DNA of 55,248 bases, the filler included, from Sphacelaria rigidula (Eukaryota), in assembly GCA_964200075.2 (NCBI GenBank). It is 2 parts of 2 records of this genome, joined end to end, with 100 filler letters (N's around TTAATTAATTAA, not from the genome) between each part and the next. Parts side by side here need not be neighbours in the genome. Positions count along the whole stretch, not along the records: positions 1 to 27,583 come from CAXNAA020000115.1; 1 more part is not named here. One strand, given 5' to 3'. The notes under the pieces are model-generated. The model saw only the letters and a program-made list of their open reading frames with translations. It had not been told where the DNA came from and did not search any database. Shown here piece by piece: positions 1 through 13,063 of this stretch (position 1 is the stretch's first letter; each line of letters begins with the position of its first letter). Both the position numbers and the translations under genes were made by a program.

Positions 1-838
1 CAACATGATCTAGCCCGACCACCATCATGGTTACCGCAAAAAAAAAACGGTAACCTGGTCGCCTAGCTCACGTAGTGAGTGGCGTTTTATATAGCGTCAT
101 CGCCACGAGACGCCAACCCCATCGGGGGTCCACCCCTACAAAGCCAGGACGGAGCACGCCGGGTTCTCGCCGGACCAGGCGGTGGGTAGGGCTGAATCCC
201 CTTGGATCTGTAGACTCTCAACGAGGGAGGACGAATGTTTAATTCAAAGAAAATGCTGTGATGGTGTTCGGCATTGTGGGACATAGTTTCTCTCGAAGGC
301 GGGCAGACCGTTGGTGTCGAGTGCGTTTCCATGGTGTTCGGACGATACTGCTCGAAGGCGCCGGGCCTTCAAGGGATACAATTTCCCACGATTTAGAACG
401 CCGTCGAAAAAACAACATTCTCGACTTTTCGGAATCCCCCGGTGCATTTGGCTCGAGCTCGCGAATCCAAATCGTTTTGAGTTTCGAACTACACGAGCTG
501 ATCCTTCCGTTTCTTCTGCCGCACTTATGAACATTCCCTTTTCCTCAGGAAGGGTCCTCTGTCTCAAGGGTACAACTCATCTACCATGTAAAATTTTCAC
601 ACCTTGCACAATATATATATATATATGGTCAACAGTTGCATTAGACATAAAATTGTACTGCGTGATTTCAAGGTCTATTCCCATCACTCGACAATAGCGA
701 CGATAGTCCAACGTGTGAAAAAATCGAGTTGTGTTCTGTAGGGCATGTGCCCGGAATTGGGAGATTTTTGGTTGGCATACCAAGCCATACCGGAATATGT
801 ACCGATAAAATACCCTCGGTATGCTCTCGAAGTACCCT

Positions 839-1186
839 GGCCCCAGCGGCTCAGTTGGTAACCTCGAAACCTTCCGACGGTTGGGTCGTGGGTTCCAATA
901 TTGGAGCTATCTGGGGTTTTTCTCACACAGTGCCCAACAGTGAAGAGCGAACATGTGGGTACGCAAAATTCGACTTAGCGGTCGATGAGGGAAATGGAAT
1001 GCTTAACCCCTCTCGCGACGAAAAAAAAAGGCAAGCACCGCAGAAGAAAGGTGGAGAACTGAAACAAACAAATAAAATAAGTTTTTGTGGTGGCCTTCTT
1101 CCTGTGACCGCGGCTGGTTCGCCCACATATACCGGAAGGTGTAGACCGGCGTCCAGGATAGAAGGGATGACAACACAACACACGCT
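839..1186 (+). mobile_element. tRNA-derived SINE-like element, copy 1
   Basis: A-box-like GCGGCTCAGTTGG (846-858) and B-box-like GGTTCCAAT (891-899). The body aligns with 2520-2857 (aaaattcgact..ggtcga.gagggaaa.ggaa, aacccctctcgcga, ggctggt..cccacat.taccg). Ends in a CAA/CA-rich tail. Confidence 0.7.
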
Positions 1187-1449
1187 TCATGTTCGGTCGG
1201 TATACCCTTCGGAGCACAACCTTGTGACGTAAAAAATTGATTTGTGTCGCACGTGAGGCAGGTATGACGTCGTGTGTGTTCTCGTTCAAACTCCACAACA
1301 GGATGATCGGTTTCTCCTTCGCGTTCTATCAGAAGCACGGCACTGTGCAGTGAGTCTCAGACACGCGCTGTTTCACTCACATTGTAAGGCACCGAGTCAA
1401 GTACGGTTCAACATTCTGCTACTTGATAGGTACGCAGCTTCCGCCGTGA

Positions 1450-2263
1450 GGGCCTGTCTTGCACTTTTTTTTCGATCGAAAAAGTGCGGTCGATTTTTTT
1501 CGCCGATCTCATAGATCCACCGCATTTATGTTTCTTGAAGGCTTCAACTCAAATTTATAATTAGCGGCGCGCGGAGAAGAATGCAACGGGGTGAAAAACA
1601 ATCGTTTTCGATCGAAAACATGCGGTCGAAAGGCACGAAGCGGCACTTGACTCCCATCTTACAAACCACCACGCCAAATAACACCCGTTCACAGGACCAT
1701 GCAAACTTCATCCAACTCATTCTCAGCTACCACCGCAACCCTGTAGCATTGAGCACGACTCGACCACAGGGATAGATATACTGCAGTAGTCGGGTGTGCT
1801 TTGTTCATTTTTTGTCGGCGAAAACTTGCACATCATATCTCATGGTAGGGATCAGCGACGGAACTGCGTCGTACGGTCGGCAACCGAGTTGCGTGCACGC
1901 TCATGGACATTGCAGATAGTACAAAACTGCACGTTGCTGAAAACCTTCCATATCGCATGGCAAGCAGAGATAAATGATAGCATTAGGCTGTCTGGACTGG
2001 ACGTTGCCTGCTTCTCCTTTTATATCTTCCTGCACGAAACACACACGCACTCAACACACCCTGCTTGGAAGCACTGCAGACAGTACAGACTGTCTATACC
2101 GAAGACGAGCGACCGTGTGCCGTTTTACGCTGTTCACTGTATTCTTTGGATCGAAAGCTTGAAAATCCGTCTGGACCCAACTGCATCAAAACGAGAAATT
2201 TTTGCTCAGATCGATTCCACCACGCCATTTTTTCGATAGAAGAAAAAGTGCCAAGACAGGCCC
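1450..2263. mobile_element. Non-autonomous TIR element, PIF/Harbinger (Tourist)-like
   Basis: About 34-nt TIRs: GGGCCTGTCTTGCACTTTTTTTTCGATCGAAAAA / TTTTTCGATAGAAGAAAAAGTGCCAAGACAGGCCC. The 3-nt flanks are TGA/CGA. No transposase ORF. Confidence 0.75.
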
Positions 2264-2519
2264 CGAGACTCAAGTTGCCGCATGGAAATAATCCCTCCCA
2301 CCCTTCAAACATTCCAGACCTTAGACAATACATGACCGACAGTTTCAATAGGCCTGTACTTTACGCGGCACATTTTTTGTCCATAGTAACTATTTGGCCA
2401 TATTCTGTTCACGGTGTGGAATATTTTGCATTTCAACTGCTGAATGGCCTCCACATCACGTGCGTATCTAACTTATTTCAATGGGATCTCCGTACGAGCA
2501 CGGGAGTCTTTGTGCAATT

Positions 2520-2857
2520 GATGTCAGCCAGCTCAGGGATCATGGGTTCGAATCTCGGAGCGATCTGAGATTTTTCCTCACACGATGCTGAACAATGGAG
2601 AGCGACGATGTCGTGGGTATACACAAAATTCGACTGAAAGGTCGACGAGGGAAAGGAACTGCTGAACCCCTCTCGCGAAAAAAAAGAAGAGACGAGCATC
2701 GCAGAAGCAAGGTGGAGAGCTAAAAACACATCAAGAGTAAAAAAAAACTCCGCATGTTGACTTCCCTCACGCGTGACCCCGGCTGGTGCACCCACATGTA
2801 CCGAAAGCTCAAACTGGCGCCGAGAAAAGATGGGATAGCAACACACACAACACACAC
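2520..2857 (+). mobile_element. tRNA-derived SINE-like element, copy 2 (head degenerate)
   Basis: B-box GGTTCGAATCT at 2545-2555. Colinear similarity to 839-1186 and a CA-rich tail. Confidence 0.7.
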
Positions 2858-3104
2858 TCGGCCACACAGTTCGTTACGCCAAAAGTCAAGTCGATGACAG
2901 TAGGATACACGAGCCAACGTTGCCGACGGATCAACAGGCCTTTCACCAACATGCTCTTAGTTAATGAAGTTTGTATGAGCTCGCCGACCCTTTCAGCAAC
3001 ACATGAAAAATTACTCAACGCTGTGAGCGTGGCCATAGTGAGGTAATGAGCGATAGCGTACGAGAGAAGCAGTCTCTACGAACACCTTGAAGTGCGGACT
3101 CCCA

Positions 3105-3181
3105 GGGGGCGTACTCGTTTGTGGCTTGCCATGCACTAGCCATTTAATCCTTCACCATGCATCCCTTTCGAGACGGAGCAC
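3105..3181 (-). mobile_element. LINE 3'-tail fragment (tail family A)
   Basis: Minus strand reads GTGCTCCGTCTCGAAAGGGATGC...GGCAAGC...GAGTACGCCCCC, matching the 3' end of the LINE at 50770-52268. Confidence 0.7.
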
Positions 3182-3875
3182 AAGGCGGGCTGATAAACGG
3201 CACCGTGGGGATAAACCACATCTCCCATTTTCATTATACTTGACGACTCTGGTACGTCATACATTGAAGGCATCCGTCACTAATGATAGGTCACACCCGC
3301 CATGGTGGGCCATGGTTTCTCCTGACGGAACGGGGTTCAAATATGCTGCGTACGGCCTCGACACCTGCGCTGCGCTATTTGTCATCATCTACAAAAATAC
3401 GGAGATGGTGTTCGAAATGGATATATACATGAGGAAAAAACGACCGGCGTAACGTCGACTTAAATGTCACGCACGCCGGATAGCTCGTAAGCTACATTAA
3501 CATTACTTTATTTAGGGCGCTGATCTGAATCATGTGCTAGCGCATTTGGCTCCTGTTCCCATATCCTCGTACTACAGCCTTAAACACCCATCATGCGGAA
3601 TAGCGCAAAGGTTGCGCCGTGACTTATTTGACCTCGCTGTCACGTATTTCGTGTCTCCGGACCAACGGATCTGAGAGTGTATTTATGTCGTACCGGACGA
3701 GTCAGATTCAGACTCGTTCAGCGTGCAGTATCTGATCGCGAGTAGCACCGATTGTCACCGTTGCAAAATGACAGTCGGGGTTCGTACAGTTCACTCCCTG
3801 CCCACACATTTTGTCGTGCAGTCCGACACTTCCTGGTCGTGTCAATAGCATGTGGACACCCAATGCATCAATTTC

Positions 3876-4023
3876 ACACCATGGACAAAATATTACATTT
3901 GTCCAAAAATATGTACTGCGTACGGTACAGAAAACTTTTGTCCACTTGATCAATGAATTCGACGCAATCGTCGATACTGTACGCAGTACATTTTTTGACA
4001 ACGTGATAACTTGTCCAGGGTGT
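3876..4023. mobile_element. Short palindromic MITE
   Basis: About 50-nt imperfect inverted arms: ACACCATGGACAAAATATTACATTTGTCCAAAAATATGTACTGCGTACGGTA / TACTGTACGCAGTACATTTTTTGACAACGTGATAACTTGTCCAGGGTGT. Confidence 0.7.
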
Positions 4024-6234
4024 CGTGGATTTCAGTATCCTCCATCGAACGTCGCGGTCAGCCTTCTAGGCACACCTTTGGTTCAGGCCATGAGGTGTGA
4101 GGTAGTCAGTTAACCACGTGCCGAGTTCCATGTTCCTCGATATCCGCCCTTCCAGACACCCGAATCGACACAAGTCGAGCCGGCCAAGGGCTCGGGGGAT
4201 GCGCCACCAACGATCGCTACAGCGAACTTAATTGCTCCATTTGCGACCGTTCAAAAGTTGACACGTGTTCATCGCAGCACGTCGCGAACGCCTCCTGAGT
4301 TCACCCTTTGTTGTTTTCCGCTAAGGTGCAAGCAAACGATGGGACTTGACCGTTGCCTTAGGCAGATTGTGTCTTGGCGGAACACCAAAACTAAAACTTG
4401 AGGCGCACTTTTATGTGTCGGCGAGCATCTTGCAAAATACGAGTCGAAAATTCAGGTTTCGAGGCCTGAAAAAAGTGTGAGCTCTCCACATGGCAAATGG
4501 TTGCACCACTATCGCTCGGATTTTTAATCTACAGTAGATACGGCTCAGGGTTTCGACTACAACTTTTGGTCGACGTTGAATCACGGAATAAAACACTCTC
4601 GGTTTTTGTTCCCACCTTGAGAGTCGTTCATGTTATACTAGTGGCGTGTTTTCGATGCAGCGCCCGACTTTTGCTCGGTTGTTGTTCTCACTTCTTCCCA
4701 TCTTTGCTCTTAGTCTGCTGCTGGTTTCCGTTTGATATCGTTAACTGCGCTTGCATGTTGATACGAGGTGGACTTCAAATTTGAGAGGGTGCTGTCCTAA
4801 TGATGAGGGTTGCTACGGACGCTATTGGTGGTTGGAAGAGAATAGGAACTGGGCCGTTAAATATAAACGCGTTTCTTCCTCGTGAACACACCACCAAACG
4901 CTGTCGTCATCACAGAAGACCCGTACTGCATCCATAAAATGGGCATGCTGTCCAGATGCACGGAAAATGATGAAAAAAAAGGATCCCGCGATACCAAAAT
5001 GCCAGGCATTTTACGGGTAAGACAAGGGTCGAGATCTCAAGGGTTGATCTCTCGGGACAACGGAGTTTGTCTCCACGGAATGAAAGGGGTTGAAATATAT
5101 ATATATATATATATATATATCGACGGCGTCGAAAAAAGTAAACCCAGGCAGATTTGCGTAATCGACGAGATATTTCGTATGAAGGGGTAATGGGGAGAAT
5201 GTTGCCGGGAAAAGCATCCTACGCTCCACGTCTTCTCGTGCGATTATGACAACAGCGTATAAAAGAGTAAGTGGGGTCGAGGGTTGGCGCTGTTGAAACA
5301 CGAGACAACATTTGAAACCGCACCAACGCGATGTAGGGATAATCGCCCAGGGCCGATAATTTCTCAAGGGGGAATGCAACTCTCGGCCGGAGAAAATTTC
5401 ATCAAAATTACCGCGACCGCAGATTTCTAGTCGTCTGCGCGCACCGCCTGCCATCGGCAATTTCATCTGGTCGACAGAATCAGCGCGTTGGAAGGACCTC
5501 TCTCCCTCCTTGGCAAGAAAATCTGAAATGGGAAACTTCACTGCGACCAGGAATCTTGACCGACTGCGGGTCGAGAAAGGCAGTGCAGAATCGAAGCGAT
5601 AGTACTGTTTATTCGCCATACTGGGAGCTACATACGGACATGTGCGGAACGGTTTTGGACGTTGCGCGAGATCACGAACACTCGCCGCACCGCGACCAAG
5701 CGCGTGCACCACCCTGCGTCGATCGACAGCCGTCAAGAGATCTCGGAGTACTGGCGTGATCCTGTTGTTGCTACGGCTGTGAGCTGGAATGGTTGATGTC
5801 TCAGATAAAACTGTAACTGGATTTCAACTGAAACCGGCGACAAGGGCGCCGGTTATCCAGTTTTTGCTGTTGCCGGCTATGGTTTATACCAATTTTAGTA
5901 CAGTCACGGTATAACAAAGATGCTCATGTCAGTACACCATTTGATTGCTTAATCCGATTGGTTTTCGCAGTCAACTCATCCCTCGGGGATTCAGCCGTGA
6001 CCACATGACAGACGTACCCGAGATGGATAGCAAAAGGGGACACTCGCGGAAGAAGAAAACGAGAGAAAAACATATATACAAGGAGGGACAGGCAAAACAC
6101 AGAAGACTAGAGGAAAATAAGGAGATACGAGTGCATAGCGAAACGAGTGTGCGACAAAATGGGCAACTCCGCCGGTGTCCTACCGAACGAACTCGCAAAA
6201 AAGTCGAGTCATTTTGCGGTTTACTTTAACGAAC

Positions 6235-6448
6235 CTGTTGTGGCATACTGCACGACACGTGGGGCACTTCTTTTTGTTTCTCCTCAGCGTGTTGATCAAA
6301 CACACTCTGCAGAAGCAGTGCCCGCAGCTGAGGCTGACCGGCTGGCACACGAGAGACAGACACACGCCGCACTCCAGCGCGGATAGGGATATCATGGCCT
6401 CCTGACGGTCGTCCCCGCTCCCCCCGCCTCCTCCCTCCCCCCCACTGC
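6235..6448 (-). CDS. Internal exon encoding a C3HC4 RING finger (RING-HC; LONRF/TRIM-type spacing). Other exons of the gene not resolved
   Basis: Translation CGVCLSLVCQPVSLSCGHCFCRVCLINTLRRNKKKCPTC fits C-x2-C-x11-C-x-H-x2-C-x2-C-x11-C-x2-C. Acceptor is a T-rich tract plus aatag| at about 6449 (an alternative cag lies at 6402-6404). Donor is AACAG|gttcgt at 6234. Confidence 0.85.
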
Positions 6449-9400
6449 CTATTCCACCGCGACACAAGAAAAAAACAAAAACAAGGCAAAACAAAAGTAT
6501 GCTATCAAAAACCGGAGGGTGAAAAGTGTCCATATTTCATTGGCACTGAAGATGGCATTGGCGTTGGCATTGGCACTGACATTAGTCTTCCAATCTTGTC
6601 CCTTCCCTTCCCTTTCCTTCGAAGTGAGTCTGCAGCCTCAAGGAAGCAACCTACATCTTGCTCGGTACTGAGTTACCGTTCACCACCTACCACTGGATCA
6701 GCACTCCTGCACCTCGTCGACATGGGTCGAACATCGTGTTCGTTTTATTGCAGCTGCACTGTCGAGCTTATTTTCCGGGTGGGGGGGGAAGAATTGGTAC
6801 TTATGATCTTGCATGCCTACAACGCTGCAACGGAGGCAGGAGAGAGGGGGTGCGGGGGGAATTGCTTATATAGCCAGCCGCGTACCATCTGTGCTGTGGT
6901 TTCACGAACGTCTTCCTTTTCAGACTATTATGTTTTTCGACAAGACACGCCGTGGCTCAATCAAATCCCCGCCAACGATCCACGGAATTTTTCTGCCTGG
7001 ACCTTCTGTGCTGCTGACGTCTACAATATTCAGTCTACAGGTGGGGGGGAGGAGGGACAGCAACAACAACAGAGCTTGCTTTCAAAAAGCAAGTATTTTG
7101 CGCGGGAAGGATCACAAGAGAGGTTTCATTCTCACTACGAGCTCGATACGTGCCACCCAAACAAAGTCCAGGTAGGAAGTGCGCTAAGCGCTCCACCGCC
7201 GACGGGTCATTTCGAGCCTTACGCGTTAGTGGTACAAGAGTTGAAAAAATCACCCCTTGATCTTTCAAATCCAACGCAGAAGTGCGCCTGCCTGCGGCGA
7301 AGGTTTTCCGAAGCTTCGAGGCGAAAGGGCCAAGATTGGCCGTCTTGGCCTGTGTGCACCTCATCCATCCAGACCAAACACACTCCTCGAAGCAAAACGC
7401 ACAGGCGGGTATTCAAAGGAACTTCGCCTACCCGCCACCGCACGCACACACGAACACACAAAGAAGGAAAAGGGGCCCGGCAGTGCGGGGTGCTCTCGTA
7501 CACGTTTACAGGTCGTTTTTGAGCCGCAGGGTTTCCTTTTGTACTGAATCCAAGCCCCCCCCCCACCCCTCCCTACCTCCCCCGAGGCTCAGGATGCGTC
7601 GGGCAGAGCAGGGCGATCATATACGATGAGTCAAGAGAGGCTAAGACTTGCACGAAACGGTACAGTATATTAGAATATCGTTTTTTACGATATTCAACGA
7701 TAGTCAAGTCTGCTGAAATTCCCGACTGTGGCCCTGTCACAATCGAGTCACGCAGGTGACGACGCAGACACCATCATCTCTCGTACCTTTTTGTTTGTCA
7801 AGTTGACGTGACGCATTGTAACCTTCGGGACTATACGGTCATGGTTCGTACCAGTAACCCTCCCTCAGACGGGGGTCGCTAATTGATCCACCACATCAAT
7901 CGGAGATTACATGCAAGATCAGCAGGATCTGCGCGGTGGTTTACTGTTCCCCTCTTGTAATCGATTTCCGACCTGCATGATACAACGTCACGACCCGACA
8001 TTCTCCTCTTCAACAGTCAAAACTACCGATGATGGAAGCCAGTGGTGCGATTGATGACTCGAGTTGAACATACTCCAACACGTAAGTAGAGAGTTTCACT
8101 GACTGTTTCGTGTCGGGCGGGATGTTACTTCAAAATTAAAACCAAGATCGACCGATATATCTCCGTCATCTCGTCAACAAAAAAAAGGTATGACATCGCG
8201 ATGCTCACAGTGGACACTGCAGCAGAGGTATCGCGTCGCCGAGGTAGTGTGCGCAAGTTGCTTGCCTCCACTCAAGACCTACCACGGACTGGATTGAACC
8301 GATCAGGTGAACCTGATGGAAAGATTGTGCGGTCAACAAAACGCGGCGTGACCGGAACTAAGTTGCCGTCGAAGAGCCTGGAATAGGCGGTGCACAAGAA
8401 GAGAGATTGTACGGGACTGCCGTCTGCGCTGTGGAAGCCACGAGCAAATTTCAGCAAGATGGCGACTCTTGATCATTTTGCTGCGCAACGAAACGTTACT
8501 GCACTTCGTATAGCGGTCACCAACCAACTACTACACTTTCAAAAGACGATCGTTGAAGAGGGCACGCGCTATCAACAGCACTGTACCTGGTCACGAGCGA
8601 AATATGCACCGAGTCAGCAAAGCTGGGGTCAACGTTGAACGTATACGAATTTAGTAGGTACGCTACTTATGGAGACTATACAGGGATGAGTGGAGTACTA
8701 CAAGGGCTATACTTCGACAGCGGTCTCTTCATAAGTGCGCGTCATGTTCTTGAATGTCTGCGTCATGCGATACATCTTCGATAGGAGAGCAGTGCCCGTA
8801 CCCACGGAGCCTCCAGCGCGCCGATGCTCAAGCCTCAAGGCATGAAAGATTTCGGAGTGTGATATCTATAGGTGGCGGGCTAGTGACGAACGGACCCACT
8901 GGAACATTTCGAAAATGTCAAGTGTTCACGTTGATATCTTTCATTGGCGTGTCTGCGTCACTTGAACAGCTGGAGACCGTATTGGCATTGGTGAGTCGAG
9001 TTGGGGGAGAGCGCCGTGGGGGGGGGGGTATACTTTGCTCGAACTGCCAATATTTTCAGTCGAGGTGCGCTACAAGTGTTGATCAAGACAAGATAGCTCC
9101 ATCACACTCAGCGTAAGCAGTTGAAAGTCGAATGCCCACACCTCCCCTGCCGATTTAGGCAATCTTTGTATAGGATGAGCACTGCACACGACTACTGTCA
9201 GGTAAATATAGTAAGAGTATCGAACGTTAGCTTACGAAACGCAACTTCAGCCGCCTGCTGACCGACTACCGTAGAACACGTACTCATGGACTGTGAGCGT
9301 ACATTCTAGAGTATGAACGTACTTCAATTTCGGATTCCTACGTTACAGACAAGACAGCACGTACGAAGCTGAAAAAACGGGCCACGGACTCAGATGAGTA

Positions 9401-10487
9401 GAAGCACAAGACAAGCAGTAGACTCAACATGTGCCTGATGAAGAGGCCGAACCAGTGCCATACCCTCACGTTATGTGTTCATTAAATCAATGACAATTGA
9501 ACGAGACGCCATCGCAACGCCAACGTAAAAGTATCTCGTAGATGCCGACCGTAGCTTAGCTGCTTCGCATAGTCAGTGTCGTGATGGCCGGGACACAAGT
9601 ACAACACACAACGATGCGGTTACGAACTTTACCTCGTCGAAATTTCCAGGGTCTCGGTGGAGGCTCACCACCTGGCGATCCACTACTACACGCGGAGGAG
9701 GTGGCCATTGTAGGCCGTCCTCACCCTTTTTGTTTTAGACGAGGTGGAGAGAAGGAGAGTTTTGCTTTCCCCGAGATCTAGTGTGGCCACGTTTAGCCAC
9801 GTTGGTAATTGAAATTTGATCGGGGGAACCGGAAGCCAATCAGAATATGATAAACGCATATTTCTGACTATTTTCTTCATGATGCCGCATCAAAAAAAGT
9901 TATTAGCTATGGAAAACGACCGAATTGGCGAAAGCAGAAGAAGTTTGAAAGTTTGAATTCATCCACCCGTCTCATTCGCCTTGTGTCCAGCCCAATACGA
10001 GAAGATGCTCCTTCGAGACCCCCTAGTTCGATGCACGTACTTAGCGAGGGTGCATTGGATTGATTAAGATACTTCCATCCCGTGAGTTTGTTCCATCTCC
10101 GGGTGAAGGCTTCCAATCTACTGTGGTACGAGTTGGTATTTTTGCAGTCTATAATAGCTGCACCCTAAGGTACTGCATCCTCGACAGCGAAGCCACCGCG
10201 GCTGTGACATGATGTTTTCAAGGGTGGCGACAGCTCTTGCTAGGCACATATCAGCCACGGAAGAGCGATGCCAAGCATTCGAGGAGGAAGCTAGAGGGAT
10301 GAAACGGGCACTAAGAATGCCACGAGATACTCCGTCTGCCGAAGCAGCTGCGACATGGTGGTGGACCGAGGTTCGCTCGACTGCTGAAAATTGAAAACTT
10401 GAGCGCGTGAAATTCAATTTCTCCACCTTTGCAACGGGAGGCACATCCTTGTCATTTTCCGCTCTGGATGCGAGCCAATCACGTTGA

Positions 10488-10490
<3 letters not shown>

Positions 10491-10538
<48 letters not shown>
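10491..10538. repeat. (TG)24 microsatellite
   Basis: Perfect TG dinucleotide run. Confidence 0.97.
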
Positions 10539-10541
<3 letters not shown>

Positions 10542-13063
10542 ATTCGAACGTTTTTACTGCACCTAACTTTACTCAGCGCTTCTACCGTTATGATCCCAGG
10601 AACTTCGCTGCCAGTTTTTTTGTTTGTTCAAACACCCCATAGATTCTGTTCCGAGATTTTCTGCTGACAATCCCACGAGTTTCCAGCGGAAAGTTGTAGG
10701 CGGTGTACGAGCTTTCACACGGTTCGGACGAATCATCACCGGTTTGAACCACCAAATCCACGATTTCTTAGGCCTGATTGATCGAAAGAGAGAAAAAAGG
10801 CGATCGCTGGTCAAACAGGTCTCCACGCAACTTTTGCGCCATTCCACGTGCCTGGGCTTCGCGTACCTGGATTGCAACGCTGAAAACAAACCGTAAGGAT
10901 TGATTCGTACCGTACGAACGATTGCCCCTAAAATCAAGTAATTTCCGGACGAATCATTAATTCGTCCGGCCCTTGCAAGCTTACACATGGATTAACGCGA
11001 CAGAACATGGACGCTTGCTTGACGAACGTGGCCCAGAGAACGAAAGAGCCAACAGGCGCGCAGCTGTATTTTGCTTTCGTTAAGGGAGGTCCCCGCCGCA
11101 TCTTCGCTACCCATCACGGTTGCTGTCTAAGAGTGTTCAATACCAGGAACCGGAATACTTTGGCGGCGCGATTGCTGGCAGTGGAGATTCGTGAGGGGGG
11201 ACACCGCTGCAGTTCCGTGCGCATTGCTGTGTTTGTGTTAACTTGTGATCGTCCGGCTTAGTTGGCTGTGCGGGATGCGAGATAAGTTTCTGCAAAGGAC
11301 ACTCGTGGCGTTGAAAGTGAAAGTCGAGAGTTCTCAAAGGACACGCATACCTTCACGCACGAGGTGTAATCACCCCCCACGAATTCCACGGTCGACAGGT
11401 AGTTTCTGTTGACGAAGCCTCAGCCCAATCGTTATCCAAGCCTCAAGCCAAGGCATACCTAGAACACTCGGGGCAAGGGGGTGCAAAAAGTGCTCTTTGG
11501 CACAGTGTGCGTCAGCAGGCGGCGATTTGAGCAAAAAAGCCATCTGCGCACGCTGGAAACTGGAGCTGCCAGCCCCCGAAATACCCACATGTCATTCTTC
11601 ACAGGTGAACGAACTACTTTTAACAACGTAACTTGACGGCGAGTTGGAGTAGGTAGGCATCATTGATAACACTCAGAGATGGGGAGAGGAGGAGATAGGA
11701 GCGTAGACCGACAGAGACATTCCGCTTTCTAGGATCGAACTTTCGCATGAACGAGCCTGAGGCAAGGTCCCAGGTGATACTCATTTCGAAATGAAAGGTT
11801 TCCGGCGCGGATGCCATGCGCCAAACGTTCTCCGAGGCTCGCCATCATTATCAATCTATGAAGGGTTGTATCGATGAGAGCAGAGTGGGGACCTCTCATC
11901 ACAACAAGACATGGAGCCAGAATAAGCAGGATTTCCGGCCTTCAAATCTCGCACATACCCCGCAGGGAGGCCATTCCAGTGCGTTGTGCCGGCCGCTGCG
12001 TGTGGTGAACCAAAACACGAGAAAAATAAGAATTCGGAGGAGCCAGAGTTGGTGTGATTTATTTGAACCACCGTGACCAACCTGGAATAGGTTACGATCA
12101 CCACCCTAATCTCACCGCATATTCACGTCTGCGGAGAGCGTAACCGCAACCGTTCGAAAGCCTGGGCTCCTATTTGGATCCTAGATGGATATATACTCGG
12201 GAGTATACATATATTGATATATTGTTTTGGGGGGGGTCGGCAAAAGTTGTTTTGTTTAAGAGACAGCACCTGCATGCAGTAGGCAAAATATCATGCAAAT
12301 GCTGCTCGTCTTTGCCATGTGTGCATAACCCACGCGCGACCAGCACTATCTCGTCTCAGAATGGCACAGTAGCGACGACGATCGCGCCAGCTGTGCATGT
12401 GTAGCCATGCGCGAACGAAGATGTCAGCACACACGGTAGGATGATGCACGGATGTCTAATTGGTTGATTTGATCGATCTTCTCATATTCACTGATCATAT
12501 TCCACAAGAAGGACCCAGCCATGGCCACAAGATAGACGTACCCAAGGTGAAACAAAACGGAAACACTCGCTGAAGGTTTTTCCGCTCCGATTTTCCTTGG
12601 CACGTCGGCCGTGACTCTTACTTGCCTCGCGCATATTTACATATTTATCATACGTGTACTCTACTCCCTCAGCCAGGCGAAGGGCTGCGATGTTCCAGCG
12701 ACTCTAATTATGGATAGATAAGACAACAAAACTCTTGCCAGGCATTCATGTCATTGTAGCGTACATCTATAATCGAGAAGCCTCTTCGCCTGCGTGCGTA
12801 TCCCTGCCCCACCCTGTACAACAAATTGAGCAGGCACTCCGAGCAGAGCAACCCCTGCCAATACTGCAAAATTTCCGACGACCTTTCCCCGCGTAAGCAC
12901 GTGTCGGGTGCGTGTGGGTGTGTCCTGACTGTCATTTGCCTTACCCATGAAGATCCCATACGTCGATTTTGTCGTAAAAGCTCGGGTTCGACATGTGTGG
13001 CTATTGAAGACCCCTGATCTCCGTCCCGCCCCCCGTTGGATGCGTGCATGTTTTGTGCCGCAG

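Noticed and set aside
839-912. Functional tRNA gene
   Set aside because: The cloverleaf is degenerate and continues into a repeated body, so it is better explained as a SINE head.
6596-7522. 308-aa + ORF (also the 241-aa - ORF at 5011-5736)
   Set aside because: No recognisable motifs, non-ATG starts, and the second crosses an AT microsatellite. Probably chance or intronic.
11370-11588. VLGMPWL motif resembling the end of a gypsy aspartic protease
   Set aside because: No upstream D(S/T)G motif and no RT, integrase or LTR evidence nearby.
12344-12546. Candidate upstream exons for the J-like/TONSL-like gene (ending CG|gtagg and AAG|gtgaaa)
   Set aside because: Phases are not clearly compatible and there is no HPD motif. 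They cannot be supported without transcripts.
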